DNA from: Ferroacidibacillus organovorans
GTDB lineage: Bacteria > Bacillota > Bacilli > Alicyclobacillales > SLC66
Assembly (NCBI RefSeq): GCF_001642725.1
Contig: NZ_LSUQ01000007.1
Location: 1 to 64,000 of the forward strand
Reading direction: 5' to 3'
Length of the DNA stretch: 64,000 nucleotides
Below the pieces are notes generated by a model that saw only the letters and a program-made list of their open reading frames with translations, ran no database searches and had not been told where the DNA came from. Positions 47,842 to 57,631 of this stretch are shown piece after piece (position 1 is the stretch's first letter; each line of letters opens with the position of its first letter). The position numbers and the translations under genes are program-made.

Positions 47842-50011
47842 CGAATCGTTTTTTGCGGAACTCAAGGGCAAGGGAATTGATATCACCGAAACGCAAAAGT
47901 CGGCGATAAGACACCCTTCAGGTGCTCTCGCTCTCTTTGCGGGTCCTGGCAGTGGAAAAACGACTGTGATTACGCTGCGCGCAGCTTATCTTGTCCGCGT
48001 GCTTAACGAAGATCCAAATTCCATCTCTATTTTCACGTTTACAAAAAAGAGCGCTGACGAACTCACACGACGTCTCCAACAGATTCATCCGACGCTTAAA
48101 AGCGTGCAGACTGGGACGTTTCACGCACTGTATTTGAAATGGCTTTTGCGTGAAGCGAAAGAGCGACGCGAACTTCTTACAGGGTATGCGCAGCGCGGTG
48201 TCGTGCGATCTATTCTGCAATCCCTTCGCGAACCTTTTCACGATGATCAAGTCACTGCAATTTTGCAAGCGATCACCGTTTTGAAAAATCAAATGGTTGA
48301 ACCTGTAAACGCCAAGGATCACCTGGATACACGAGACGTCCCTGCGAGTACGGCAACTGTGTATCAGCAGTATGAATCTTACAAAAAGGAAAATAACGTG
48401 TGGGATTTTGACGATATTCTCATGGTGATGAATGAGCGTCTGCATTCACAGCCTTCTTTTTACACATCGTGTACGGACAGCATTCGTCATATCATGGTGG
48501 ATGAGTTTCAGGATACGAGCCGCATTCAATGGAATTCACTTTTAAAATTGGCGTCTAAAACGGTCAGTTTTATGGTGGTAGGGGATGACGACCAGTCGAT
48601 TTATGCATTTCGTGGAGCGGAGCCAGGACTCATGAAAACGTTCGTTCACGCACGCCCCCATGTGCGTGAACTCGTGCTCTCCGAAAATTTCCGCTCACTT
48701 GATCCGATCATTCGCACGGCGAGTCGTTTGATTCAAATGAATGAAGATCGAAAACCGAAGTTGATGCGCGGGGTTCGCGGTACTGGAGAACGTGTGCGTG
48801 TATTGCGCGCAAAAAACGCAATGGAAGAGGGCAGGGTAATCGCGACGGCGATTGCCAAAATCCACGCACGCGACCCACTGCGTACCGTAGGCATCCTTGC
48901 GCGTTCCCATCACCATCTGTATCTTGTATCTGAGCAGCTAAGAACACAGGGAATCGCACTGGTTGAGGATTTAGGAAAAAACCTGTATACAGAATCTGTG
49001 GTCGCGTCCTATTTGGCGCTTTTTCGTGTCTCGTGTGGTGATTTTCGCGTTCGTGAGGAAGCATTTCGCTTTTACTTAAAACTGTTAGAACCACGTGTCG
49101 CGCGCGAACAGGCAGGACTTTTGGGCGGACGGGCTGCGCTGTACCAGCATATGGCAGGAACTCCAACTACGCTTGCATTTGATGCGTTTGTAAAAAATAT
49201 GGCCGTCCAAACGCCACTTGATGCGGTTCGCTTACTTACAAAGCATTATGAAGCCTATACAGTACGTTTGGAGCATGCGCGGAGAACCCCTTCTCAGGAA
49301 GCGCGTCAAGCGTTACAATTGTTGGAAGATCGCGTTGCAGGTTTACCTGACCTGAAAACGTTTATCCTTGAAGTAGACCGATTCTCGCAGAAGGACGAGC
49401 AGGGGTTGTCTAAGGCGCAAGTACGTGTGATGACATTTCACGGTGCGAAGGGGTTGGAGTTTGACGATGTTATCTTGGCGGGGGTTTATGACGGCGCCGT
49501 TCCACACGCGCGTGCGCTGACAGGCGAACGCAAAGCAAGACGCGTGCTTTTAGAAGAAGAACGTCGACTCTTCTATGTGGCGCTTACCCGCGCACGCGAT
49601 CGCTTGTTTGTCGTGTATCCTGCGTCAACGGCAAATGCGGATCGTGAGCCATCCCCTTTTTTGTTCGATGCAGGATTACTTTCGAGAAAAGATGAGAATC
49701 GAAAATCAATTCACACAAAGGATCGCGAGAAACAGGTGCGCGTAAAGAGCGACCGCCAGATTGTGACGCGGCATGACAAACGATCGACGGTCGTGAGAAA
49801 GGCTGCGTTTCATACGCCAATTCCAGTAACCGCTGATCAATTGCCAAAGCGCGGAGAACCGATCCATCACGAAGTCTTTGGAGAAGGCGTTGTTCTCTCG
49901 ATTGATCCTTTTCCGAATGGTCACAAAGTTGCCATTCAGTTTAAGGAAAGCGATGTTCGCCATTTATTTTGGGAAGTGGCGCTTTCTGAAGGACATGTAC
50001 GAAAACCTTAG
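47834..50011 (+). CDS. UvrD/PcrA-family SF1 helicase with C-terminal Tudor-like domain
   Basis: AGPGSGKT, DEFQD, VGDDDQSIY, NFRS, TFHGAKGLEF, EERRLFYVALTRA, H..FGEG.V. Confidence 0.9.
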   Translation: MSDESFFAELKGKGIDITETQKSAIRHPSGALALFAGPGSGKTTVITLRAAYLVRVLNEDPNSISIFTFTKKSADELTRRLQQIHPTLKSVQTGTFHALYLKWLLREAKERRELLTGYAQRGVVRSILQSLREPFHDDQVTAILQAITVLKNQMVEPVNAKDHLDTRDVPASTATVYQQYESYKKENNVWDFDDILMVMNERLHSQPSFYTSCTDSIRHIMVDEFQDTSRIQWNSLLKLASKTVSFMVVGDDDQSIYAFRGAEPGLMKTFVHARPHVRELVLSENFRSLDPIIRTASRLIQMNEDRKPKLMRGVRGTGERVRVLRAKNAMEEGRVIATAIAKIHARDPLRTVGILARSHHHLYLVSEQLRTQGIALVEDLGKNLYTESVVASYLALFRVSCGDFRVREEAFRFYLKLLEPRVAREQAGLLGGRAALYQHMAGTPTTLAFDAFVKNMAVQTPLDAVRLLTKHYEAYTVRLEHARRTPSQEARQALQLLEDRVAGLPDLKTFILEVDRFSQKDEQGLSKAQVRVMTFHGAKGLEFDDVILAGVYDGAVPHARALTGERKARRVLLEEERRLFYVALTRARDRLFVVYPASTANADREPSPFLFDAGLLSRKDENRKSIHTKDREKQVRVKSDRQIVTRHDKRSTVVRKAAFHTPIPVTADQLPKRGEPIHHEVFGEGVVLSIDPFPNGHKVAIQFKESDVRHLFWEVALSEGHVRKP

Positions 50012-50032
50012 TGAGAGTGTGGCGATTTCTAC

Positions 50033-51028
50033 ATGAGCGCAACCATCTATGACGTGGCGCGCGAAGCTGGAGTATCGATGGCTACCGTTTCTCGAGTGCT
50101 CAATGAGACGGCTGTCGTAAAAGATGAGACAAAAAAACGCGTGCTCGATGCAATCGCAAAACTTTCATATCGTCCGAACGCTGTAGCAAGGGGGCTTGCC
50201 AGCAAACGGACCAAAACCATCGGTGTCATCGTGCCGGATGTGTCGGCTGCATTTATGGCAGAGCTCGTACGCGGGATTGAAGACGTGGCGCGCATGTATC
50301 ATTACCACATTATTCTTTGCAATTCGGATGGACTTCTCGCGCGCGAAGTCGATTTGATCGGAACGATGTGGGAAAAACAGGTTGACGGAATCATTTTTAT
50401 GTCCCCTGCGCTGCTGACGGAGCATGTGAATACATTTGAAGAGGCGCAAATTCCAATCGTCCTTTGTCGCACAGATGACCCTGAGGGTCGCATTCCGTCT
50501 GTCAACATTGACAATTCTGGCGCATCCATTGACGCAGTGAGATACCTTCACAAAAAGGGACGTAACAAGATCGCCTTTTTAGGGTCGATCCATCATGAAG
50601 GGACGCTTACGAGTGAACGCCGGCGCGGGTATGTTGCGGAAATGGAAAACCGCAAACTTACCCCAATCTTTATTGACACGGCGCGCGAAGAGTATCAGGA
50701 CGCGCTTTTGGCGGTGCGCACGCACGTCACGATGGAGCCGATCGACGCGATACTCGCGGCGAATGACGAAATGGCCATCGCGGCAATCCACGCGATCCTC
50801 GACGAGAAAAAGAGTGTCCCAAAAGATATCGCGGTCGTCGGTTTTGACAACACCAAATTATCGATGATGGCGCGACCTGAATTGACCACGATTGCTCAAC
50901 CGATGTACGATTATGGTGCAGTCGCAATGCGCTTTATGACAAAATTATTGCTAGATGAACCGATTTCAACCTTTCGCGTCGTGTTGCCTCATCAAATTCT
51001 GGAACACGCTTCCTCGGCAGACGTGTAA
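50033..51028 (+). CDS. ccpA: catabolite control protein A (LacI family)
   Basis: TIYDVAREAGVSMATVSRV, YRPNAVARGLASK.T, EKQVDGIIFM, YDYGAVAMR. Confidence 0.88.
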   Translation: MSATIYDVAREAGVSMATVSRVLNETAVVKDETKKRVLDAIAKLSYRPNAVARGLASKRTKTIGVIVPDVSAAFMAELVRGIEDVARMYHYHIILCNSDGLLAREVDLIGTMWEKQVDGIIFMSPALLTEHVNTFEEAQIPIVLCRTDDPEGRIPSVNIDNSGASIDAVRYLHKKGRNKIAFLGSIHHEGTLTSERRRGYVAEMENRKLTPIFIDTAREEYQDALLAVRTHVTMEPIDAILAANDEMAIAAIHAILDEKKSVPKDIAVVGFDNTKLSMMARPELTTIAQPMYDYGAVAMRFMTKLLLDEPISTFRVVLPHQILEHASSADV

Positions 51029-51194
51029 GGCATCCTTGATGTCTGGATTTTCATGAATCGACCAGAAACACGCAACGATTGAGGTGGCAACTTTTCGATC
51101 GGTTGAGTATCATGTCTATATGCTCGCGTGACGTTGCGTTGCTCCCTACAGCGTTTCAGTAGAATGCAAGGACAGCGAAGGAGATGAAGACGAG

Positions 51195-51782
51195 ATGCGG
51201 GTTGAAAAGATTGCAAAAAATAAGATCCGGATCTTTGTCAGTTACGAAGATCTCGCGTCGCGGGGCATTGAACGGGATGAGATGTTCCAAAACGGCAAGA
51301 AGGTACAGGAATTATTTTGGGATATGATGGAAGTTGCGTATGCAGAAGTGGGTTTTGAAATGATTGGCCCGATTGCCGTAGAGGCGTTTACAATGCCTTC
51401 GGAAGGTGTGGTCATCATCGTGACACAAGTTCCATCACTCCCTGTGCCGGGATCACTCTCTGAACTCACGGATGAACCTGAGATGGAGCGCGACCCATAC
51501 GATTCCTTTGTCTTTTCGTTCGCGGATTTCGAGGATGTCGTCCGTGTTGGAAAGGCATTGGCGCAAATTGAGGATCTCGACTGCAGATTGTATGTCTATC
51601 GCAAAACGTACCATGTATTTTTTCCAGATGATTCGCTATCGGAACGTGTTTATGACACGGTTTGGTCTATTCTTCACGAGTACGGGGAATTGGTGAATGT
51701 TACGCGCGCAATGCTAGATGAGTATGGAACACTGGTCTCAGAGCATGCGCTTGATATGCTTCGCACTTTCTTTGAATTGTAA
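51195..51782 (+). CDS. MecA/YpbH-family ClpC adaptor (genetic competence negative regulator)
   Basis: MRVEKIAKNKIRIF..EDL..RG, FADFEDV, ML.EYG; upstream of gudB as ypbH. Confidence 0.85.
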   Translation: MRVEKIAKNKIRIFVSYEDLASRGIERDEMFQNGKKVQELFWDMMEVAYAEVGFEMIGPIAVEAFTMPSEGVVIIVTQVPSLPVPGSLSELTDEPEMERDPYDSFVFSFADFEDVVRVGKALAQIEDLDCRLYVYRKTYHVFFPDDSLSERVYDTVWSILHEYGELVNVTRAMLDEYGTLVSEHALDMLRTFFEL

Positions 51783-51855
51783 AATGATTCTTTGATTCGG
51801 TAACCACACTCACGCATCGATCATAGAGATGGTGCAACACATGAAGAAATGAGGC

Positions 51856-52821
51856 ATGCACCCTATGAAAATTGCAGTGATTTACGGTGGAACGTCTGCT
51901 GAGCGAGAGGTTTCTCTAAACTCCGGCCGCGCAATTCTTCAAGCGCTATCTTCTTACGGTTATGAAGTATGCGGAATGGACGTCGACCAAACATTGTTTG
52001 ACGAATTGAAACGGTACCAACCGGATTTGGTTTTTCTAGGCTTACATGGAAGATTGGGGGAAGATGGGGCGATCCAAGGCGCGCTCGAGATTCTTGGCAT
52101 CCCATACGTCGGTTCAGCAGTGCTCAGCAGTGCGCTCGCAATGGACAAGGTGATGACAAAACGCATTTTACGTCCCCTCGGTATTCCACTGGCTGATGAT
52201 CGTGTTTATGTTTCCCACAGGGCGCCTGAGGAAGATCAAGTGGAGCGCATGATGGATGATATCCTGAGTCACCTGACACTCCCAGTGATTGTGAAGCCGA
52301 ATCGGGAAGGCAGCACGTTTGGTCTGACACTTGCCACTACGGAATCGCTTCTGAAGCAAGGAATCAGACAAGCGTTTGCGCACGATGATAGCATTCTCGT
52401 GGAATCTTATATACGCGGAATGGAAGTGACGGTAGTTGTCGTCGGCACGGCGCGCGACGCGCAGAACCCTCCACGCGTGCTTGGCACCATTGAAATTATT
52501 CCAAAAGCTGAAGTCTATGACTATGAATCAAAATATGGTATGAATGGGAGTGAGCATATCATTCCTGCTCGGCTCCCTGAAGAATTGCTTTCACAAGTTG
52601 AAACGTATGCATTGACAGCATACACAGAACTTGGCTGTCGCGATTATGGACGGGTGGATTTTATGGTGGGCGAAAATGGCCCTGTACTGTTAGAAGTGAA
52701 TACATTGCCAGGCATGACTGCGACGAGCCTTGTGCCTGATGCTGCACGCGCAGCCGGACTGTCTTTTGAAGCCCTGATCGATCAACTCGTTTCGCAAGCC
52801 TATCAACGAGCACATCCATAA
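51856..52821 (+). CDS. ddl: D-alanine--D-alanine ligase
   Basis: GGTSAEREVS, LHGRLGEDG, YDYESKY, EVNTLPGMT. Confidence 0.94.
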   Translation: MHPMKIAVIYGGTSAEREVSLNSGRAILQALSSYGYEVCGMDVDQTLFDELKRYQPDLVFLGLHGRLGEDGAIQGALEILGIPYVGSAVLSSALAMDKVMTKRILRPLGIPLADDRVYVSHRAPEEDQVERMMDDILSHLTLPVIVKPNREGSTFGLTLATTESLLKQGIRQAFAHDDSILVESYIRGMEVTVVVVGTARDAQNPPRVLGTIEIIPKAEVYDYESKYGMNGSEHIIPARLPEELLSQVETYALTAYTELGCRDYGRVDFMVGENGPVLLEVNTLPGMTATSLVPDAARAAGLSFEALIDQLVSQAYQRAHP

Positions 52822-52873
52822 CGTCGACTGTGCCGTTTACAATCGCTTTGAGTCGGCAGGGTTGTAGGAGCAT

Positions 52874-52903
52874 TTGACCAATTTTCCGCAACCCTGTTAT
52901 ACT
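52874..52903 (+). promoter_or_regulatory. sigma-A promoter for glutamate dehydrogenase
   Basis: TTGACC-N18 with TGtTATACT extended -10. Confidence 0.6.
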
Positions 52904-52951
52904 GTCGCTATGTAAATTGGCCTGTTCGCGAAAAAAAGAGGTGGCATTTTC

Positions 52952-54211
52952 GTGGATCATCAAGAGTTGTCCGAGAATCTCAATGTATTAACGAGCACCC
53001 AAATGGTCATTAAAGATGCGTTGTCAAAGCTAGGCTATGGAAATGATATGTATGAGTTATTAAAAGAGCCGATGCGCGTTCTGACCGTTCGTTTTCCTGT
53101 GCGCATGGATGATGGACAAGTTAAGGTGTTTACTGGATATCGTGCGCAACATAACGATTCGGTGGGTCCCACAAAAGGCGGTATTCGCTTTCACCCGGAC
53201 GTGACGGAAGATGAGGTCAAGGCATTATCTGTTTGGATGAGCGTAAAATGTGGAATTGCCAACCTACCTTACGGTGGCGGCAAGGGCGGCGTAATCTGTG
53301 ATCCACGTGAAATGTCATTCCGTGAACAGGAACGCCTGGCGCGCGGCTATGTTCGCGCAATCAGCCAAATCGTCGGGCCTTCAAAAGATATCCCGGCTCC
53401 AGATGTGATGACGAATTCTCAGGTCATGGCATGGATGATGGACGAGTACAGCCGAATTAAAGAGTTTGACTCGCCTGGATTTATTACTGGAAAGCCGATC
53501 GTTCTCGGCGGTTCACAAGGACGGGACACATCGACTGCGCGTGGCGTTGCGATCTGCATACGAGAAGCGGCTCGCGTTCGCGGCCTCGTTTTAAAAGACG
53601 CGCGCGTAATCGTGCAGGGGTTTGGAAACGCCGGAAGTTATTTGGCGAAATTCATGCATGATGAAGGCGCAAAAGTGATCGGTATCTCAGATGCATACGG
53701 CGCACTGTACGACGAACGCGGCCTTGATATTCCTTCACTTCTTGAGCGACGCGACTCATTTGGGACTGTGACGAAGCTGTTCAAAAACACAATTTCCAAC
53801 AAGGAACTTTTGGAACAACCCTGTGATATTCTTGTACCGGCAGCGATTGAGAATCAGATCACGCAGGAAAATGCGGATAAGATTCAGGCGCAAATTGTCG
53901 TCGAGGCGGCGAATGGCCCGACGACCAATGAAGCTACGCGAATCTTGACGGAACGCGGAATCCTGTTAGTACCGGATGTGCTCGGCAATTCAGGCGGTGT
54001 AATCGTTTCTTACTTTGAGTGGGTACAAAATAACCAAGGGTATTATTGGACAGAAGAGGATGTCATGACTCGTTTGGAAGAAGTCATGATGCGATCTTTT
54101 GAGACGGTTTATGCAACAGCCACTGCGCGGAAAATTGACATGCGACTCGCGGCCTATATGGTAGGCGTACGACGAATGGCAGAGGCGGTGGAACTGCGCG
54201 GATGGGTATGA
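52952..54211 (+). CDS. gudB: NAD-specific glutamate dehydrogenase
   Basis: GPTKGGIRFHP, YGGGKGG, DIPAPD, QGFGNAG, EAANGP; synteny. Confidence 0.9.
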   Translation: MDHQELSENLNVLTSTQMVIKDALSKLGYGNDMYELLKEPMRVLTVRFPVRMDDGQVKVFTGYRAQHNDSVGPTKGGIRFHPDVTEDEVKALSVWMSVKCGIANLPYGGGKGGVICDPREMSFREQERLARGYVRAISQIVGPSKDIPAPDVMTNSQVMAWMMDEYSRIKEFDSPGFITGKPIVLGGSQGRDTSTARGVAICIREAARVRGLVLKDARVIVQGFGNAGSYLAKFMHDEGAKVIGISDAYGALYDERGLDIPSLLERRDSFGTVTKLFKNTISNKELLEQPCDILVPAAIENQITQENADKIQAQIVVEAANGPTTNEATRILTERGILLVPDVLGNSGGVIVSYFEWVQNNQGYYWTEEDVMTRLEEVMMRSFETVYATATARKIDMRLAAYMVGVRRMAEAVELRGWV

Positions 54212-54269
54212 TTTACCACCCAACTGGCGCATACTGGAACGGATTGGTTTTGTAGGGGGGCATGTCACT

Positions 54270-54476
54270 ATGCGTAGCGATACTCTTTCTCTGCACGAAA
54301 ATGCAAGCGAGATGATGGGTTCAAGCGGTAGGGTGAAAATTCATATACGCTGCAGAAAATGTGGAGAAGTCTTTATCCTCCGCGGTGTTAAAGACGGCAG
54401 AGGTCACGTGGAAACGGGGTTTCGTCGTTGTCTTTGTGACAATGATCGAGAATTTGACATTGAAACCTTGGTATAA
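54270..54476 (+). CDS. small putative zinc-ribbon protein
   Basis: CRKCGE.FILRG...TGFRRCLCDN. Confidence 0.7.
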   Translation: MRSDTLSLHENASEMMGSSGRVKIHIRCRKCGEVFILRGVKDGRGHVETGFRRCLCDNDREFDIETLV

Positions 54477-54517
54477 GGAGCTTTTAAAAAGTCTCCGGTA
54501 AGAGTCAAGTAAATGAA

Positions 54518-54571
54518 AATTCCACAACAAAAGCCACCTTCTTCATGTGAGGTGGCTTTTGTTGTGGATTT
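54518..54571. terminator. long hairpin terminator
   Basis: TCCACAACAAAAGCCACCT...AGGTGGCTTTTGTTGTGGA. Confidence 0.8.
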
Positions 54572-54625
54572 GCCACATAAATTTTCCGTTCTTCACAGAC
54601 ACTAGTCTCAATTCGCCTGTGAGGA

Positions 54626-55483
54626 GTGATGAGAGTGAGGCGTTCATGGCTCGCTGTTGTGTCACTGACGGTTTTTACAATGGTTGCGGGCATCCTGCCA
54701 TCGGCGCACACCCACGCAGAAACATGGGCACTCATGCCCGGTGAACGTGGTACATCCGTCGTGGAAGTTCAGGCCAATCTTAAGCGACTCGGTTACTATA
54801 ACGGGCCGATCGATGGAATTTATACGTGGCAGACCTATTGGGCGGTTCGCGATTTTCAGAACAAATTTGGATTGCCAATCGATGGACTAGCCGGGGCGCA
54901 AACGCTGAACATGCTTCACTCAGCCCTACGCGCCAATTTTGGGACGACATCGACTCAAATTCAAGGAGGAACACCTTCTCCAACCCCCATGACGTCACCA
55001 CCACCCACACACATTGTGCCAACCAACACAGTGGCTCAGACCGCACCTGCACCATCTTCTACGGCAGCATTGACACCGCCGTCCGCCGGGACCAATGTGA
55101 CGATTCCAAGCAGTGGGGTCAACGGGATTTCGGCCAACGACATTCAAATGATGTCACAAGTCGTCTATGGAGAAGCGCGCGGGCAACCGTTTATCGGACA
55201 AGTTGCCGTTGCGGCAGTCATGATGAATCGATTACACTCTAGCCTTTTCCCGCACAGCATCCCGGCCATCTTGTATCAGCCAGGTGCGTTTACCGCCGTA
55301 TCAAACGGGCAGGCTTCACTCGGTACAGATCCAGAGGCGACGGCTGCGGTGCTCGACGCCATCCACGGCTACGACCCAACGCACGGCGCTCTCTATTATT
55401 GGAATCCAGCGACCGCCACATCTCCGTGGGTTTGGTCACAACCGATCATGCTTCGTATCGGCAATCACGTCTTTGCAAAATGA
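54626..55483 (+). CDS. sleB: spore cortex-lytic enzyme SleB
   Basis: signal peptide, PG-binding domain, P/T linker, VYGEARG, GQVAVAAV, IGNHVF; followed by ypeB. Confidence 0.9.
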   Translation: MMRVRRSWLAVVSLTVFTMVAGILPSAHTHAETWALMPGERGTSVVEVQANLKRLGYYNGPIDGIYTWQTYWAVRDFQNKFGLPIDGLAGAQTLNMLHSALRANFGTTSTQIQGGTPSPTPMTSPPPTHIVPTNTVAQTAPAPSSTAALTPPSAGTNVTIPSSGVNGISANDIQMMSQVVYGEARGQPFIGQVAVAAVMMNRLHSSLFPHSIPAILYQPGAFTAVSNGQASLGTDPEATAAVLDAIHGYDPTHGALYYWNPATATSPWVWSQPIMLRIGNHVFAK

Positions 55484-55506
55484 TTGATTGAAAGGAGGAA
55501 GTCGAC

Positions 55507-56853
55507 ATGGATCATCGCGGTTATGCGTGGGCGCTTATTCCGGCCTTGGCAGTCGGATTATTTGCGGTGTCGCTGTATGGATACAATGAACACACAAAGC
55601 GGTCAGCGGCCGTATCGCAAGTGGAACTGGGATACCAAACCATCTATCACAACGTATCCTATGACGCTGATGAGATGCAAGATGCGTTAAGACGCGCAGA
55701 AGTCACAACGCAGACACTGACGATCAATCGCGAACTGCGCAGTGCCGCACAGCATGCTGCACTCGCAGCGCGGGCGAGCGGCAGTTTGCCAATCAGTGTC
55801 CAGTCTCATCCGTTGACAGCATTTTTCCACGATGTTGAGACGCGCTGCACACAGTTGATGGATCTCCATGCAGCAGCCACACCGCTCACACCGTCTGAAC
55901 GATCCGATCTATCTACCATGGCATCAGACGCGACGCGCGTCGAGCAGCAGCTGCGGACGATTCAACGTTCTGGTTTTAGAGGAAGTTATCCGTTGACGAA
56001 CTTTGTTAAATTCGGCGCGAGCGCAGTGAACGCATCTCCGCTTGCAAAGCAGTTTACGAAGATGAACCAAACCGTATTCTCGCTGCGCGCTACCCATCAA
56101 GCGGTCTATCTCAAGTCGTTTGCAGCAGATCGCGATCCTGTTCACGATGAACCTTCTCTCGCGTCGGTTGGTTCCGTCATATCGAGTCAGCAGGCAATCG
56201 CACGCGCGACCTCATTTGTCGGAGGAACTGTTGGTAAGAATCCCTATGTTGCGGCGTATGGAACGGGGAGTGCGCATCCGTTTTATCTCGTGACATTTCA
56301 TCCGAGTGGCCCGCAGAGTTCACCGCTTTACGTATCCGTTTTCCAACATGGCGGCTACGTTTTTGAAATGGCGCGTGAAGGATTCTCAGGAGGGACAGGC
56401 ACCTCCGTCGCGGACGGTCGTTCCATTGCAAAGCAGTTTCTTTGGCAGCATGGGTTCCCATCTGTGACACTTGTTGAGAGCGATGCATATCACGGTCAAA
56501 TCTTCACGAAGTTTGCGCCACTGCGACAAGGGGTTCCACTGGAGAATCAGACCATTCTCGTCACGGTTGCGCAGGGTGCGCGCCGTGTGACCCACTATGA
56601 CGCATCTGCTTATTTCGAGGCAGAACCTTATCGCGGTACGTTCACGCCTAAGATCACTGCCCAAGATGCCGTAAAGGCGTTTTCTGCAGGAGTTAAAACG
56701 GCCCATGCGCAACTTGTGGTTTGTGCGCCGCACGGCGATGATCCGCGATTAGCGTATCGTTTTTTTGCAATGCGCGGCACGAACACGTATATCGTTGATG
56801 TCGATGCACAGAATGGGCGTGTACTTGCGATCGCAAAGCAGACAAAATTGTAG
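55507..56853 (+). CDS. ypeB: germination protein YpeB (PepSY domains)
   Basis: N-terminal TM, C-terminal PepSY-like Y.VDVDAQNG; position after sleB. Confidence 0.75.
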   Translation: MDHRGYAWALIPALAVGLFAVSLYGYNEHTKRSAAVSQVELGYQTIYHNVSYDADEMQDALRRAEVTTQTLTINRELRSAAQHAALAARASGSLPISVQSHPLTAFFHDVETRCTQLMDLHAAATPLTPSERSDLSTMASDATRVEQQLRTIQRSGFRGSYPLTNFVKFGASAVNASPLAKQFTKMNQTVFSLRATHQAVYLKSFAADRDPVHDEPSLASVGSVISSQQAIARATSFVGGTVGKNPYVAAYGTGSAHPFYLVTFHPSGPQSSPLYVSVFQHGGYVFEMAREGFSGGTGTSVADGRSIAKQFLWQHGFPSVTLVESDAYHGQIFTKFAPLRQGVPLENQTILVTVAQGARRVTHYDASAYFEAEPYRGTFTPKITAQDAVKAFSAGVKTAHAQLVVCAPHGDDPRLAYRFFAMRGTNTYIVDVDAQNGRVLAIAKQTKL

Positions 56854-56891
56854 ATTCACAACCGAAAGCTCAATCGAGAACGCGATTTTTT

Positions 56892-56926
56892 GCAAAAGGA
56901 GGGGGAATTCCAATCCTCCTCTTTTG
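56892..56926 (+). terminator. intrinsic terminator
   Basis: CAAAAGGAGG...CCTCCTCTTTTG. Confidence 0.65.
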
Positions 56927-56974
56927 TGTATGCCTCTCAATCGCTATAATAGAGTGGAGTGAGGGAGGGGCGGC

Positions 56975-57631
56975 ATGGCGTACCCGTCTATTGGGCAAAT
57001 TGTAGATTGTGAACTTTATGGTACAAAAGGGTTACAGGCAACGGTGATTAATGAGAGTGAAACACAGCTTTATCTTCGTTCGCGAACAAGTAAAGATGAG
57101 TTCGATTGGGAGACTCGTCTTGGTGAGGTGCTACAGATCCAGTTTCGCTCCTCAAGCGGTGCACTTTGTATCGCGTCTTCGCGCATCGCAGCGATCGAAG
57201 AGGATGGCGCGGACGACGTGATTGTGATTGAAAGACCACATGAAGAGGCGATCCAAAAAATTCAACAGCGCGAATATGTTCGCGTAGGGGTCTCCGTGGA
57301 GATCCAATGCACATGCCTTATGAATGAGAATGAAGGTTTGCGCACGATAAAAGCGATTACGCACGATTTAAGTGCAGGTGGTCTTTCTTTTTATCTTGAG
57401 GATGAACCTTGTCTTACCCTCGGAACGTCTGTTTCGCTCAAACTCTTCTTGCGAACGCGAGATGGGTTACAGATGATCGACGCGCAGGGAGATCTGGTGC
57501 GGATTGAGCAAATAGGACGCGCGATTCCGCTCTATGCGGTTCGCCTCGTCGATTTAAAGGATAAAGAACAGCGCCAGATTCTTCAATTTGTCTATCGAAA
57601 GCAATTGGAAGGCCGGGGGAAGAAATCGTGA
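56975..57631 (+). CDS. PilZ-domain c-di-GMP receptor (YpfA/MotI-like flagellar brake)
   Basis: QREYVR (RxxxR) and DLSAGG motifs; before cmk. Confidence 0.85.
   Translation: MAYPSIGQIVDCELYGTKGLQATVINESETQLYLRSRTSKDEFDWETRLGEVLQIQFRSSSGALCIASSRIAAIEEDGADDVIVIERPHEEAIQKIQQREYVRVGVSVEIQCTCLMNENEGLRTIKAITHDLSAGGLSFYLEDEPCLTLGTSVSLKLFLRTRDGLQMIDAQGDLVRIEQIGRAIPLYAVRLVDLKDKEQRQILQFVYRKQLEGRGKKS

Noticed and set aside
52880..52894. CodY box in the gudB promoter spacer (AATTTTCCGCAACCC)
   Set aside because: Only the left half matches; too many mismatches to support
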